From: Vicugna vicugna
Lineage: Eukaryota
Reading direction: 5' to 3'
NCBI GenBank assembly: GCA_013265495.1
Contig: MU058198.1
Coordinates: 6,153,779 to 6,217,778 of the forward strand
DNA: 64,000 nucleotides
The position numbers were made by a program, and so were the translations under genes. Of this stretch, positions 13,581-26,470 are shown piece after piece; the first letter of the stretch is position 1; each line of letters starts with the position of its first letter. Under the pieces are notes generated by a model. It saw only the letters and a list, made by a program, of their open reading frames with translations. It had not been told where the DNA came from and did no database searches.

Positions 13581-14657
13581 TGGGAGATGGCTTTGAGGCC
13601 TTCCATTTGCCCAGCATTTTCCTAACAGGGAAATCCCTGCTCAGGGGCTCTGATCAGATCCAGTCCTCTGAGGGGCAGGGAGGGATCACTCTCTCTGCCT
13701 TAAAGATGAGGAACTCGAGCTCAGGGAGGCCATGTCAGGGTCACACCCAGAGCAGGGCTGGGCTGGAGCTGCATGCCCGCCTAGGTGTCAGGGTCAGTGT
13801 ATCCACCAGGGGGCGTGCTAGGAGGATCAGGGAGGACAGGGTGCCCGGGAAGGCAAGAGAAGGCACGTGGACTCCAGGGCAGCAGCATCCCCTACAGCCT
13901 GAGGCTGCTCAGAGTCAGGGGTTACTTCAGGCAAACTGCCTTTCTCACCGGCCTCCCTGTAGCCGGGCAGAGGCCTGGAGGGGCTGTCCCTAGGGGCTGG
14001 ACCGAGGGGTCATCAGGATGTCCTTGGGTACCCAATGAAACACCATCCCCACTAAAACTCTAAGATCCAGACAACGACTTCACCTTTTTTTGCATCTCAG
14101 CTTTCCTGTCTGTGAAACAGTAAAGGCACTCGCCCCCTGACTTACGGTGCAGAAATCTAACGAGAAAAGTTTACACAGAGACCCGAGAAGTAAGGTGTGG
14201 TGGCAAATTCTGTCTATAGTCCAATGGTTCTTTATTTGCCTGCCCATGGGAATCACCTGGGGAGCTTTCAAAATGCAGATGCACAGGCCCCAGGGTTGAA
14301 TTCTTCTTCCTCCTTCCCTCCATCCCTCCCTCCTGCTCTGTCTCTCTCCCTCCTTCCACTAGCTCACTAGATAAAGAAGACAGAGTCCTTCCCTATTCCA
14401 GAAAATCTAATCACCTGAGCTGGTAGTGTCCATTACTGGTAAGAGCTTCTGGTAAGGACTCAGACACACAAGGGTTTCCAGGCCTACCCATGTTTCCAGT
14501 CACAGGGTTCCCACAAAGGCAGGAAACCCAAGAAAAGGCTCGGGACTTACCTGGGGCACTGGGTGGGCAGCAGTAGCCAGAAAAATGGCTGGGCAGCTGT
14601 GTGGGTATCACTAAAATCACCCCCTTGCCCTCTGCTTGTCCCCCAATCTGTGTGCAG

Positions 14658-14736
14658 ATCCCAGAGGTAGAGCTGCCATACAGGCCCCTTGTCCCTGAAG
14701 TCACCACACCAGAGCCGGGCATCTACCATGGGATCT
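14658..14736 (+). CDS. KATNIP: KATNIP coding exon 4 (79 nt)
   Basis: Acceptor ctgtgtgcAG, donor T|gtgagt; IPEVELPYRPLVPEVTTPEPGIYHGI; phase 0/1. Confidence 0.93.
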
Positions 14737-15199
14737 GTGAGTACCGCCTCCCGGGGCAGTGTCGGGGGGAGGAGGACCTTCAGAGCCTGGGGCCTGGGGT
14801 AGGGGCAGTCATGGCCACATGGGACAGGGTTTTCTGGGACAGACAGGCAGGTCGTACCTTGCACAGAGACACCAGCCTGAAACTGAAGTCAGGACTGAAA
14901 CCAGCCTGCACTGGGCTCGCTGGCCCTGGTAGGACTGCATCCTTGCAGAGGAGAGGCATTCCTGGCAGTGTGCGCTCCCAGAGGGGCACTTCTGCGTTTC
15001 ATGTGCAGACGTCTTACATGTTAGCTGCAGCCCTGACCCGGGAGGCTGCAGTTGGAGCCCAGAAGTTATAGAACAAGAAGATACAAGAGCCAGAAAAGAC
15101 CCGGGCCCCTGCCCATCCAGGGCTCCGAATTGTCCCTTCAAACTAGACCCCAGAGCAGATGCTTGAGCAGATCATCCTCCCTGCTCCAGGTGGGGTGGG

Positions 15200-15370
15200 G
15201 CAGCAGGAGCCCCAGCCCAGGTGCCAGGTCTTCCAAAAAGTCAGAAATCTGGATGTAGATGTGAAATCTCCACGTTTGTAGATGTGGGTGACCAGTCCTA
15301 CTGTATTTTAAAAGCCCACGTGAGCCAAACAACACATGTCTTGGGCCAGCCGGGCCAGTTGGTGGCCTCT
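15200..15370. mobile_element. MER102-like remnant
   Basis: cagaaatctggatgtagatgtgaaatctcc...gccaaacaacacatgtc. Confidence 0.55.
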
Positions 15371-16799
15371 GAGCAGATCCCATCTGGGTTTCACCGTGTG
15401 TGTTCTTCTCACTCCTCTCCCCCTGGGCCCTTCTGGCTGGTCCTCTCTTGCTCCGTGCACATCCTGCCAGCACCTCTGCCTGCATCCTGGGGGATCCTCA
15501 GGCCCGGGGTCACTCGTGCTGACTGTGATCTCTCTCTCCTGTTCCCTGTTAACAAGGCCCTGCGGGCTTGCTCGCTGCAGCCTCTCCTCCTGCTCTCCCT
15601 TGCCCTCTGTGCCCATCATCCACCTCTAGTCAGCTTCTGAAAAGAAGAGATGCTCCGTGCCTGCCGTTGTCGTGCCCCCTCCCCTGCCATCACCTCCAGA
15701 GCGAAGCCAGAACGTGTCTGAGTTTAGCCTCCTCCTTGCTACGCTTCTTCCCGCCAGCATCTCCTGAGCCACCCTCTAGGCTCCTGTGCCCGCCCTCTCC
15801 ATCCCTGCCTGATGAAAGGATGTCAGCTGTCACCAATTGGGTTCCCAAGAAGCAGACTCTGAGTTCGAAACTCCTGGGGTGTGCTCTGGTGGGGAAGGCG
15901 GGCAGGAAGCAGGACTGGGCAGGGGGGACGTTGGGCCCCGGTGCTGTCCCATCAAAGCCTCTGCCAGCTCCACAGGCAGAGTTGTGGAGTTGTCCCATGT
16001 TGAGTAGGGGCACTGGGCCTTTACACACCTGTATTATAACACGTCACTGGGCATGGGCTAGGGAGGGGCAGAGCTAAGGACGGTCACAAGTAGGGGGGCT
16101 CAGCTGTGAGCTGTCAGCCACCAGCAATCCCGGCCCCTCGGGGATGCATCCTTCAGCCCTGGCAGTGGGAGGTGGGATCTGGGCAGGGCCCCACAGCATC
16201 CTCCACTCCCCCTTCTTAAGGCCTTGCAGTCACCCCATTCCATCCCAGGAAGTTTTCCCAGTCATACCCAGTAAGAATTCAGCCTCCGTTCCCTCCCTCT
16301 CTCAGCAGGACAGTTACCTCTTAGAAAAGAGGAAGAAGTCTTACTTTAAATCCTCACAGCCACTTACATTCCAGAACTCTCTTTCAATTACTTTCAGATA
16401 ACAGAGTAATTTAAAAGCCAACTTAATGGAGGCAAGAGCCTGGCTTGAGGATTGGTTTCGCCCCCGATTCAGGCATGGTACTGGGGCTTCCCTTGCCTGA
16501 TCTCGTGGAGTACTCACAGCTCTGTTCTCCCCATTTTCCAGATTAGATTAGGAAACTGAGGCCCCGAGAGATTGAGTAAGCCACCCAAGGTCACACAGCT
16601 AGTACAAGGCCAAGAACAAAACCAAGCGTGTCTAAATTCAAAGTCTGGGTCCTCACCACTCAACACCCTCCCAGAGAGGCTGCTTCACCTCAGAGGTCTC
16701 TGTGAGGAGTCTGCACCGCCCCACCTCAGAGCTGTGAGGTCCTGAAAGACAGCAATCATTTCTTATTTAGTCTGACCTCCCCTAGGTTGGTCAGGATTC

Positions 16800-16855
16800 T
16801 TGTGTGCGTGTATGTGTGCATGTGCGTGTGCGTGTCTGTGTGTGTGTGTGTGTGA
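16800..16855. repeat. Imperfect (TG)n microsatellite
   Basis: tgtgtgcgtgtatgtgtgcatgtgcgtgtgcgtgtctgtgtgtgtgtgtgtgtg. Confidence 0.9.
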
Positions 16856-17319
16856 ACAATGGAAACTGAATTCAATCTGTTAAGCAAAAAAGGAATTTCT
16901 TAGCTTCTGCCACTAAAAAGGTCAGGGGTTGCTAATTACCCATGTTATTGGATCCAGGTTCACAAACGACATCACCAGGCTTTTGTGTCTCCCTCCATCT
17001 CCCTGCCCTGTTTCTCCCTCTCTTGTCCATCTCCCATTCACACTTTGTCCACATGGGAGCTTCTGGAAGCTCTGCCCAGCAATCCCAGGCAAAAGAACTT
17101 CCATTTGCCAATAATTTCAACCATCATCCCAGAATTAAGTCTCCTCACCTGGCTTGGGTCACGTGCCCTTCCTTAACTGATCACTGGGGCTCACCATGGC
17201 AGGGAGGCATGCGTGATGGAAAACACGGATTGGCCCGGCCTAGGTCAGAGGCCCATCTTTGAAGCCAAGGATGAGGCGTCAGCCCCCGAAACTCCAGAGA
17301 AGGTCAGCATGCCATAATC

Positions 17320-17377
17320 GGAAGGAAGGAAGGAAGGGAGGAAGGAAGGAAGGAAGGAAGGAAGGAAGGTAGGAAGG
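17320..17377. repeat. (GGAA)n tetranucleotide repeat
   Basis: Near-perfect GGAA run. Confidence 0.9.
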
Positions 17378-18239
17378 CTGGCTGGCCAGCCAGAAGCAGC
17401 CACTGTCCCCTCCATCAGGTGATTTCCGCAAAGATGCTGTCTGTAAATATCTTCCCCCTTGAACCAGCTTTTGACCTTTCTCAGAAATGTGATTTCAATG
17501 CCTTTGGGAGTTTTGCCCTGGAGTAGAGCTTGCAGACCTTTTCGCTGCCAGGAAAGTGTAATTTCTCTGCTTCTCTGCTCAGCAGGAAAGCACAGGAATC
17601 TTCTAACCGAGGACCCTCTGCCCATTTTCAGGCCCATGATTTCTGAATCTCTCTTCTCTGAACCTTTGGCTTTTTCCTCACTGGATCCCAAATCCTAAAC
17701 CTGCTTTCCCAGCCTGTGTCCACAGAGAGAGCTTTGATAAAATGACCCAGGTGGGGGTGGTGCATTGGGGTTGGTAAATCCGGCCAATCCTATTAATGTT
17801 TTGAAAGGGGATCTATGACTTGCTAATTTGCAGATGACACTAATTTTGGAAGTTTTGCAAATATCAGCAGTGATGAATAGGAAGGGAGCTGAGAGAGTTG
17901 AAACATGGGAGAGAAATAACAAAATTAATTTCCATTTATATAAATACTAATTGATACACCAGAGGAAAATGAATATGGAACATGGATATTAGCTGGAAAA
18001 GGAGAGCAGTCGCTTCGGAGCAGCCCTAAATTAGTTGGCATCTCAGTGCGTCTTGCCAGGCAAACAGAGGGGCGGCAGGCTGGGGAGAATCTGGGGCACT
18101 GCCTCTTGCTTCAAGGGGGAGGTGGCATTTCTCCCTCACAGCGATCCCTTTATCTAAATCGGCTCCCTCCTCCAGCTCCAGGCCTTCTCCATCTCTGGGT
18201 CGGTACCCACAGCCACTCTGTCCCTTGGTCGCACTTTCC

Positions 18240-18960
18240 CTCACATCCGTTCAGGCCACTGGGAATCCTGGCAGTGCTGTCTCCAAAACACATCCTGAAT
18301 CTGTCCTCTTTGTACTCGTTTTCACCACTGCCGTCCTTGCCCAGCTGTGGGTATCACAGCAGCCTCCTTCCGGGTCTCCCTTTAAGAATCCGATCCGAGT
18401 GAGCTTTCCAAGACACAGATCAGATCGTGTCACTCCCCTGCTTCCAAATCTAAGCCTCCGAAGCTCCCCATGGCCGAGGGTCAGATCTAGACCTCATGAC
18501 ATGATCTAGCCCCCGCCTGATGACATGATACGACCTAACCTTCTCATCTCAATTTTCTCCACCCTCTCCCTCAGTCACTTGGTTTCAACCAGGGGTCAGA
18601 CAAGTTCCCATCCCAGGGCCTTGGCCCTTCCTGTCCTCTCAGCCTGGAACATCCTTCCGGAAATGCTACAGAATGGTGGCCTCCTTCTTATCACCCAGGG
18701 CTCAGCTCAAATGTCACCTCCTCAGAGAGGCCCTCCCTGACCTGCCCTGCTCCTGCTCAGTCACTCCGCATCTCATCTCTTTCATTTTTTTCATGGTTTT
18801 CGTCACTCTGTGGAACTACCAGTTTTATCTGTTTGTTCATTGTCTTCATTGTCTTCACTGCAATGGAAGCACCTAGAGATTTTGTTAGATGTTTACCCTC
18901 GGATCTCCAGTGCCAAGAACAAGGCTTGATACATAGCAGCAATAAATATTTGTTTACCAT
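18240..18960 (+). mobile_element. L2 LINE 3' remnant
   Basis: cagatcgtgtcactcccctgctt...ctcagctcaaatgtcacctcctcagagaggcc...caataaatatttgtt L2 3' terminus. Confidence 0.7.
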
Positions 18961-19059
18961 GGACTATGATTTTGGCGAAATACAATGATCTTATTTTGAT
19001 TCATTTACCTGCAGGTAGCTACTAAACACACTCTTCAATCAATAATTCATTTTTTTTTA

Positions 19060-19320
19060 AAAGCCTTAATTGACCATTGGTCTTTCAGGCACACTGTTCT
19101 AGGCTCTGGGGATACAGCAGTGAACACAGCCAACAGAGCCCCTGCCCTCAGGGAGCTTCCATCTTAGTGAGAAAGATTGAGGAAAACAAATGAACAAATA
19201 AATGTAGAACTTATTGTCAGGTGACAAAAAATAACACAGAGTAAGGGTTTAGAGAAGGATAGGGAAGGGTGCTGTTTGAGTTCAGGGGGTTAAGCAAGGC
19301 CTCTCTGAGAAGATGATGAG
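19060..19320 (-). mobile_element. L2 LINE 3' remnant
   Basis: caggcacactgttctaggctctggggatacagcagtgaaca...ccctgccctcagggagctt. Confidence 0.65.
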
Positions 19321-19326
19321 AAAGAA

Positions 19327-19830
19327 TGTATCAGCTTGCTTTTGCTGCTGAACAAACCAACCCAAAATTTAGTGTCTTACCATCACCGCTAGTAATCATG
19401 ATTCATCGTAATTCAGTGGCCTAGCTGAGCAATCCTTCATCGGAGCCTGGCCAGCCTCTGCTGGGCCTGCTTGTGTGTCTGGTCACCTGGCAGATGGGCT
19501 GGTAGCCGAGGGACCTTGGATGTCTTCACCTACACAGCCGGCAATCGAGAGGCTACTGGCCAGAGTGACTGAGCGACTGGGGGAGCCTGGCTTCTTCACA
19601 GGGCAAGACTCCAAGTGCAGAAAGAAAGGACAGACCCCCCAGCCTTCCTTGGGCATGTGTGCTTGACAGCCTCTGCTCGCTTCGCTTTTGCTTCTTTCCC
19701 ATTGGCCAAAGCAAATCACATGGCCCAGAGTCAAGGAGTGAAGAAACGGACTCCACGTCTGGATGGGAGGAGCGGAAAAGTCACGTTGCAAAGAGGCGAG
19801 GACTCGGTGGGAGGAATCTGTGGCCGTTTT
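19327..19830. mobile_element. MLT1 (MaLR) LTR remnant
   Basis: tgtatcagc...aacaaaccaacccaaaatttagtg...ccattggccaaagcaaatcacatggcc...gatgggaggagc. Confidence 0.65.
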
Positions 19831-20574
19831 ACGTGCTGCCGGTGCTGTGCGAAGCTATGATGTGCCCAGGACCATGCTGGTCACACATCTGTTTTGTCTG
19901 CCCCCAAGATGCTCACAGTTAACTCGACACAGCGGAGAGCAGAAGGATCTGCGACTGAGTTAGGAAGCGTATTTTGGAAACTGCAGGGGTGTAGGAGGGG
20001 AAGCCACGCTCCAGGGAGGTCATGTGGCTTGGCCTCCCTTCCTGGCCGTGGGACATCCTGCGACCTCCCTGGACTTCCACCCTCTCATCTGAGCTAAATC
20101 AGGTGGGAGCACGTGAATCCAGGCTTCCCTCTCCCAGCACTGCGTTGCTGGCATTCCGTGGAAGTTGCCACGAGTGTGACTCTTTTGAACACAGCCACCT
20201 AAAAGAGTGGAAAATAGGCCCCCAATTCTCCAAGCATAAAGAGTTCGTGGGGCTTGGTCCTGGCCCTGCTGTAACGGGAGAGCGTTAAGGAAAGAGAAAC
20301 TCTAGCCAGACACCTGACAGAGATTCGTTCCTTTGAGCTTTCTGGGCGAATGAATGACTCACCTGGGCAGTTTTGCCCCAGAACCACAGAGGTTCACTTC
20401 TAAATGCTCCCTGATGGAGTAAGGGGTGGAGCAAGGGCAAAAGAATGGAGGGTGTCACCACAGGTCACTTCCTTTACCCCGAACCCATGTGAATCCTCGT
20501 GATAGTGGCCAATTTACGTAACATGTTCATTTCCGACATTGTGGCTTCCTGACGCAGTGGCCTCCGTTTCATTA

Positions 20575-21110
20575 CTTGTTTAATCATTCCGTCTGTACTG
20601 AGCTCCTACTGTGTGGCAGGTCCTGTGCCAGGCTCTGGGGGCACAGTGATCTAGCAAAACAGATGGGAGTTCTGCCCTCAGGGAGTTAACCAACCGACAG
20701 GGCAGATGGACATTTACCAAAGGGTCACAAGATCACAGTAGTGAGCAGGGCACGGGAGGGAGAATGCACAGTGACATGGCAGGCTATGAATGGAGGCTCA
20801 GTGTGGTCAAAGAAATTGGGAGGGCTTCCCTGAGGAAGTAAGCTGGAATCTGAAAGATGAACACAAGTTAACCTAGGCCATGTGAGTTCCAGATGGTGAA
20901 ACAGCATGTGCAAAGGCCTTGTGATGGGAGAGAGGAAAGTGAATGTGAGTGATGGAAAGACAGTCTAGGTGGAACTAGGGATCCCAGGTGCCAGATGAGG
21001 TTTGAGAGGTACGTAGAAGCCAGATGGGCGAGGCCTGCTGGCCAAGCAGCATGGGAAACCACACGAGGGTGTTAAGCATGGGGTGGGCAATGTGACTGAT
21101 CAGTGGAGAA
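20575..21110 (-). mobile_element. L2 LINE 3' remnant
   Basis: tactgagctcctactgtgtggcagg...gggcttccctgaggaagt...acagcatgtgcaaaggcc. Confidence 0.65.
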
Positions 21111-21363
21111 AGGACCCAGGGCTGTGTGCAGGTTTAAACATTACCAGTCCATTCATCCTGCAGATATTTCCTGAGCATCAGCAGGATCCTAGGCCCAAGG
21201 GCCACCCAGAGGAAAGGTGCAGAGCGCACTCCAAAGGCACTTCCATTTCAGTCTGGGTGTTTTAGTCGGTAGCATGCCAGGAAGACCACTCCTCTTCCCA
21301 GTTCCATCCTGGGTACTTCCTCCGGAAGCTCTGGTGTTCACAGGACACTTCTTCCTGTTGCAG

Positions 21364-21541
21364 GCCTCCAGCTAAATTTCACCGCCTCCTGGGGAGACCT
21401 GCATTACCTGGGGCTCACAGGCCTGGAAGTGGTGGGCAGGGACGGCCAGGCACTGCCCATCAGCCTGCACCAGATCTCCGCCTCCCCCAGAGACTTAAAT
21501 GACCTGCCCGAGTATACCGACGACTCCCGGACCCTGGACAA
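21364..21541 (+). CDS. KATNIP: KATNIP coding exon 5 (178 nt; not in the ORF track)
   Basis: Acceptor cttcctgttgcAG, donor AA|gtgagt; (C)LQLNFTASWGDLHYLGLTGLEVVG...DDSRTLD; phase 1/2. Confidence 0.95.
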
Positions 21542-22129
21542 GTGAGTGTCTGTAAGAAATGCAGTGCTCTTGACAGCCGGGGCTGGGGGAGCCGATCTGC
21601 ATTGTAGATTTCAGACTTGAACATCAGCTGGCATCCTCTATTCCATCTCCTCCCAGCCACCCCATGAGGTCTGGGGTCTGCCCATTTTACAGTCAAGGGA
21701 AACTGAGGCCCAGGAAGCGGCCGGCAGGATTGGAAGCCAGGTTCTCCTGCTTCCAGACCCAGTTGTGCTCTGTGTCTTCTCCATGGTGCTTAGTGTGGGG
21801 CCTGGCACACAGGGCTGCTTGGTGAGCCTTTGGCTCTGTGTTTGGGCATGAGTGACCCCACCTCTCAGGGGCTGAAAGCTTTCGCCTGTCTGAGGCTGGA
21901 GGTGGTTACTGAGAACGTCTCCACAGGGGGCACAGGCTGCGCTCTCCTCTGCGTTTGTCAGATTTCATGAACCCAGGTTGGGTCCAGTCAACAATAGGAC
22001 AGCCTAAGATCCAGCATCGATCCATGGGGCCCCATAACCTGAGGACAGGTGCTCCCCTCCCCTGAATCAGGACACCTGTCGGGCCTGGGTCCTGCCTGGA
22101 GGTGTGAACAAGAAGAGTCTAGGGGAGTC

Positions 22130-22510
22130 AGAGGGATGAGAGTTCAAATCCCAGCTCTCCCCTTTGCCAGCTAGTGTTGATTTCTTAACTTCTTAACTTC
22201 TCCAATAATACAAGGAGTAGTCATAGTAATAACTGAAATTATAGCTGCCGTTTTCTGAGCGCTTATTAAATGCCAGACACTGGCCTATGCTTAGCAGTTA
22301 CAGATATTCATCCATTTAAATCTCAGACAGCCCTCAGAGGCCCCCACTCTGCAGATGAGGAAACTGAGGTGCAGAGAGGTTAAAACTGGCCAAAGGTCAC
22401 CCAGACTAGTTGAGTGGCAGAGTCGTGATTTGAACGCAGGCCCACGGGAAGCCAACACCCAGGCATTTAACTGCTAAGTGATACTGTCTTCCTCTGCCTC
22501 AGCTCCCTTA
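22130..22510. mobile_element. MIR SINEs (nested or adjacent)
   Basis: gttcaaatcccagctct; cagatgaggaaactgaggtgcagagaggttaa...aaggtcac. Confidence 0.7.
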
Positions 22511-22859
22511 TCAGTAGAATGGGGACGATAATTCCTATGGCTGGAGGGCAGGAAGGGGGTTCCACATCACAGCTGTGCCACTCCCCCACGCCCCCTGGCT
22601 CCCCAATCCTGGCCTGGTCCAGAGCGTGCGTGGGGTCAGTGATAGACTCCTACCTGCTTTCCTATAAGGTGCCCCTTAACCGCAGCCCTCATGCCCTGCT
22701 GTCATCACCTGCCTGAGGGGCACTCCACATCTTGGCAAGTCCCAAATGTGCACACTTAGACTTGGAGCCTGTGGTCCTGGCTGCCGATTGTTAAGAGTGA
22801 CCATCAGCTCAGGGTTGGCCCCGCTGGTTCAGCCATACCACTCACCATTTGCAGCAAAT

Positions 22860-24000
22860 CCTAGGGCTGATAGCATTTCATCTCTATGTACTTCAGCACA
22901 TATCTCTAAACAATAAGGACGTAAACATAATCTTAGTACCATAATTATACCCAAATAATGAACAATCATCCCTTAAATTACTGGGTATCTAGTGTGTTTC
23001 TATTTCCCCGACGGTCTTCCCCCCTACCCTGTATAACAGTTTGTTCTTTGAATGGACATCCAGAAAAGTTCTGTATGTTGTGATTGGTTGATATGTCTCT
23101 TAAGCCTCCCATAATCCCGAGGTTCCCTTCCATCTTTTTTCTTTCTTTTTTTTTTTTTTTCTTTTAAATTATCTGTTGAAGAAACCAGGCTCTTTGCCTG
23201 GATGAGTCTGGATCTTACTGGTTCCACCTCTATGGTATTGTTTAACCTGTTCTTCAGGCCCCTGGATCTCTTGTAAATTGTTCACTAGATCTAGCGGTCC
23301 AATCAGATTGAGGTTTGACCATTAGGGCAGGACATAACCGTCAGGGCATGGATGTCACTGTGTGTTCCCTTCAGGACACTGCTTGTCAGGCTCTTGGTGG
23401 CGTTGGCGGCCAACACTTAGTGGTTAGATCTCTTTATGTGTTAGGGGTTGTGGAATGGTGATACACTGATCCTAACACTCTTTTTTTTATCAATAAGGAG
23501 AAAATTTCCCCTCAATTATTTGGTTACTTTGAGGGGCAATTCAAACAGGGAAGGCCATCTAAATGTTTGATTCTTTCCTTTTATTTTTCAGTTTTCAAAA
23601 GAGCAAACTGTTTCTCTAGCATCCTTTAAAACATTTCTTTGCTTTTGACTACCATGAACTCATGGATTTAACACCACTGTGTTTGAAGGGTTTCAATTGA
23701 TCACAGTTTTTATCCTATTGATGCTCAGATCATTCCTTCTTTGGAACTCCTGAATATCTTTTGTAAACAGTAGTCTCTGACAGCTTCCTTGCTTTCCTTT
23801 CTGATGTGACAAGGTATTCCAGGCTCCTCTTGTATGTTTCTTGTCCCAGGCATGGAAGAAGCCCAGGTTCTCTCTAGTGGGAAATGGTATTTAGAGACCA
23901 TAGTCTAACCACTAGGGATGCTTATGGCTGCTGAGTTGATCCTTGTGTCCAGGCTTTTTTGCAGACAAAGCTAAGAAGTATCGTTTAGATATTCTTGAGT
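22860..24000 (-). mobile_element. Old L1 (L1MC-like) 3' region remnant
   Basis: AT-rich; tacttcagcacatatctctaaac..., gttgtgattggttgatatgtctcttaag, tagtgggaaatggtatttagagacca. Confidence 0.55.
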
Positions 24001-24198
24001 ATGTCTGTAGGGACCTCTCTTCACTGTCAGCTAAAACACTTCAACAATTCTCTCCACTCTCAGAATTGGGTTGTAGTCTTGCTATGGAGGTGGCCCCATT
24101 TCTAGGACAGAGAGGTAATTGCTTTTGGAAGGAAATAGAAGGTTCTTTAGTGCCAGACCTCAGTCAGCTTAATCCACAAACACCCCAGGGTTAAATTG

Positions 24199-24396
24199 CT
24201 GAATTTCCTCAGTTTTAAGATGCCAGCAATTGTAAGACACACCATCCATCAATTTAATAACAGCCTTTTGGAGGAAAAAAAAAAAAGAAACATTACCTCC
24301 TTGGATGAACACTTTGATTGTAAGATTTATTCCAAGTCCAAAACTTTAAAATGTAAAAGGAAAAATAAAGTTTATTTTAAAATCTAGGAAACACAG
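24199..24396. mobile_element. Short TcMar/Tigger-like non-autonomous element
   Basis: Imperfect terminal inverted repeats ctgaatttcctcagttttaaga and ttttaaaatctaggaaacacag; internal ttgtaaga motifs. Confidence 0.55.
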
Positions 24397-25532
24397 CAGC
24401 AGCCTATGTCCCTCCCAGTACGGCAGCTTCAAAGTCTCCAGAAAAAGGAGAGCGAGAAGGGAGGGGGTCGCCCAGGAGGCTGAGAGTTGGGCCCCTGTCT
24501 CTGGAGCTAGGCCTCTCAGTGGTCATGAGACCAGGGCTGGGGTCTGAGCTGAAGTGTGCTGGGCAGGGCTGGGAAGGGTGAGGCAGGATGTCTGGAGCAG
24601 GAGAACCAGAAACTGACCAGCATGGGAGCGCAGTGCGGGCAAGGTCAGAACAGTGGCTGAGAAGAACATGAGGGTGCTGGGGGCTCCCTCCCAGGGGTGG
24701 GGGGCTGCCCTGGGATACCCAGGCTATGTGATGACAGGCCAGACAGAGGCACCTGCCCCTTCTTGTACTTGTCCCACACCGGGAGCTGCCAAGTTCACCC
24801 TGGCTTTAGTATTTTTCTCCCCCAGTATAAGAAAGAAGGAATAGAATTATTTCAAAATGTACCAGAGAGTTGATACAGCATTTCACTGAAAGCTGGGGAA
24901 ATAGAAATAGTCACCTCCCATCCCCTCTGACGGAAATCTGTTTTTCATTTTTGCAAAATCTCTCCTGGTCCTTGTCCTCATTTTACAGCATTAAAATCAG
25001 TGCCCCTGACATCTCACAGCCTGCCTTTTCCCTGTTATGGCATCGTCCTCATGACTATCATTTCAACTACTGTCCAGGTTTACTTTTCCCTATTTTGAGA
25101 ACTTTTAGGGTTTTTTTGTTTGTTGCTAATATAAGTAGTATCTTGGTACAGATAGCTTTTCAACATGTTGAATACATTTTCCTTCAGGAGAAAAAAATTC
25201 CAGAAATGGGATCACTGAGTTAAAGGGTCCTGAAAAGTGACCTACCCCCCCAAACCCCAGTTTAAAAACCATGATGATTGCTTCATTGTACCTTTAACAG
25301 CACAGACTGTTACTTTTTCCTGTTTTCCTATTTTGTCTGACTTCACAGATGAGAGATGACACCTCGCTGTTTCTTTAATTAGTCTCACCTCCCCTTAATG
25401 AGCCGGGTCCAGCCAGGCTCCTGCCAGGCAGGGGCCCCGGTGGGGAGAGGAGTGGGCGTACACCCCACGCTGTGATTTCTCCCAGCGGACCCTGCTGCCC
25501 CCTTCTCTCCGCTCCTTCCCCGCCACTTGCAG

Positions 25533-25698
25533 GCTTATTGATGGAGCCAACATCACGATGGAGGATGAGCATATGTGGCTGATCCCCTTCTCACCGGGGC
25601 TGGACCACGTGGTCACGATCCGCTTCGACAGAGCCGAAAGCATCGCAGGCCTGCGCTTCTGGAACTACAATAAATCTCCCGAGGACACCTACCGAGGG
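25533..25698 (+). CDS. KATNIP: KATNIP coding exon 6 (166 nt)
   Basis: Acceptor ccacttgcAG, donor GGG|gtaagc; (K)LIDGANITMEDEHMWLIPFSPG...LRFWNYNKSPEDTYRG; phase 2/0. Confidence 0.95.
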
Positions 25699-26369
25699 GT
25701 AAGCCGGGGAACAGCGGCCGCGCTCCGTCCACTGTCAGGGAAACAGCGCCTTGATGAATGGCTGGCGTGGCTGACGGAGAGGAGCATAAATCCTCCAGAA
25801 CTTTCCAAATGGAGCCGGGGGTGGGTGCAGCCAGGGAGAGAGAGCCACTGCCATTTCCTTCTCCTGCAAACAGCAAATGCCGGCTAAAGAGCTGGGGCAG
25901 ACTTGGGAAACTGCAGCCCCTTATCTCTTCGGGGGGATTCAGGGGTCCTCAGCAGGCCCCCAGCTCGCAGTGGTTGGTTGGTTACAGCCCTGTTATTCAC
26001 TGAGGGGCCAGGCCTGGGCTGAGGGCTCCTCGTGCATTTGTCATTTTATTACACCTACATCCCAGCCCCTGGGAGGCAGGTGTTATTACCCCCCAGCTTT
26101 CAGGGTATTAAAAACTGAGGTTCAGAAAGGTCCAGTCACTCGCCCAAGGTCACACAGCTCAAGCCCTAGTCCGTGTCTGCCGGGCTGGGAGCCCACACTC
26201 TAAATTCCAGTGTTCTGCTGGATGTGAAAAACCAGGGGCCCCTGTTGGGATGTGGAAAATGGCCTCAGAAGTGCTCCTTTCATGGGCTTTTCTGTCCCTT
26301 CCCACAAAAGGGAAGTGATCATGACAAGGTCACCTAAAATACAGCAATGCAGTCAGGGCCCTAAAGTCA

Positions 26370-26470
26370 CAAGGCTCCAAGTCTGAATCCCCCACTCTGA
26401 CCCTTTACCAGCTGTGTGACCCCTGGTAAGTGGCCTGCCTTCCCTGGGCCTCAGTTTCCTCATCTGTAAG
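26370..26470. mobile_element. MIR SINE
   Basis: ttaccagctgtgtgacc...ctgggcctcagtttcctcatctgtaa. Confidence 0.75.
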
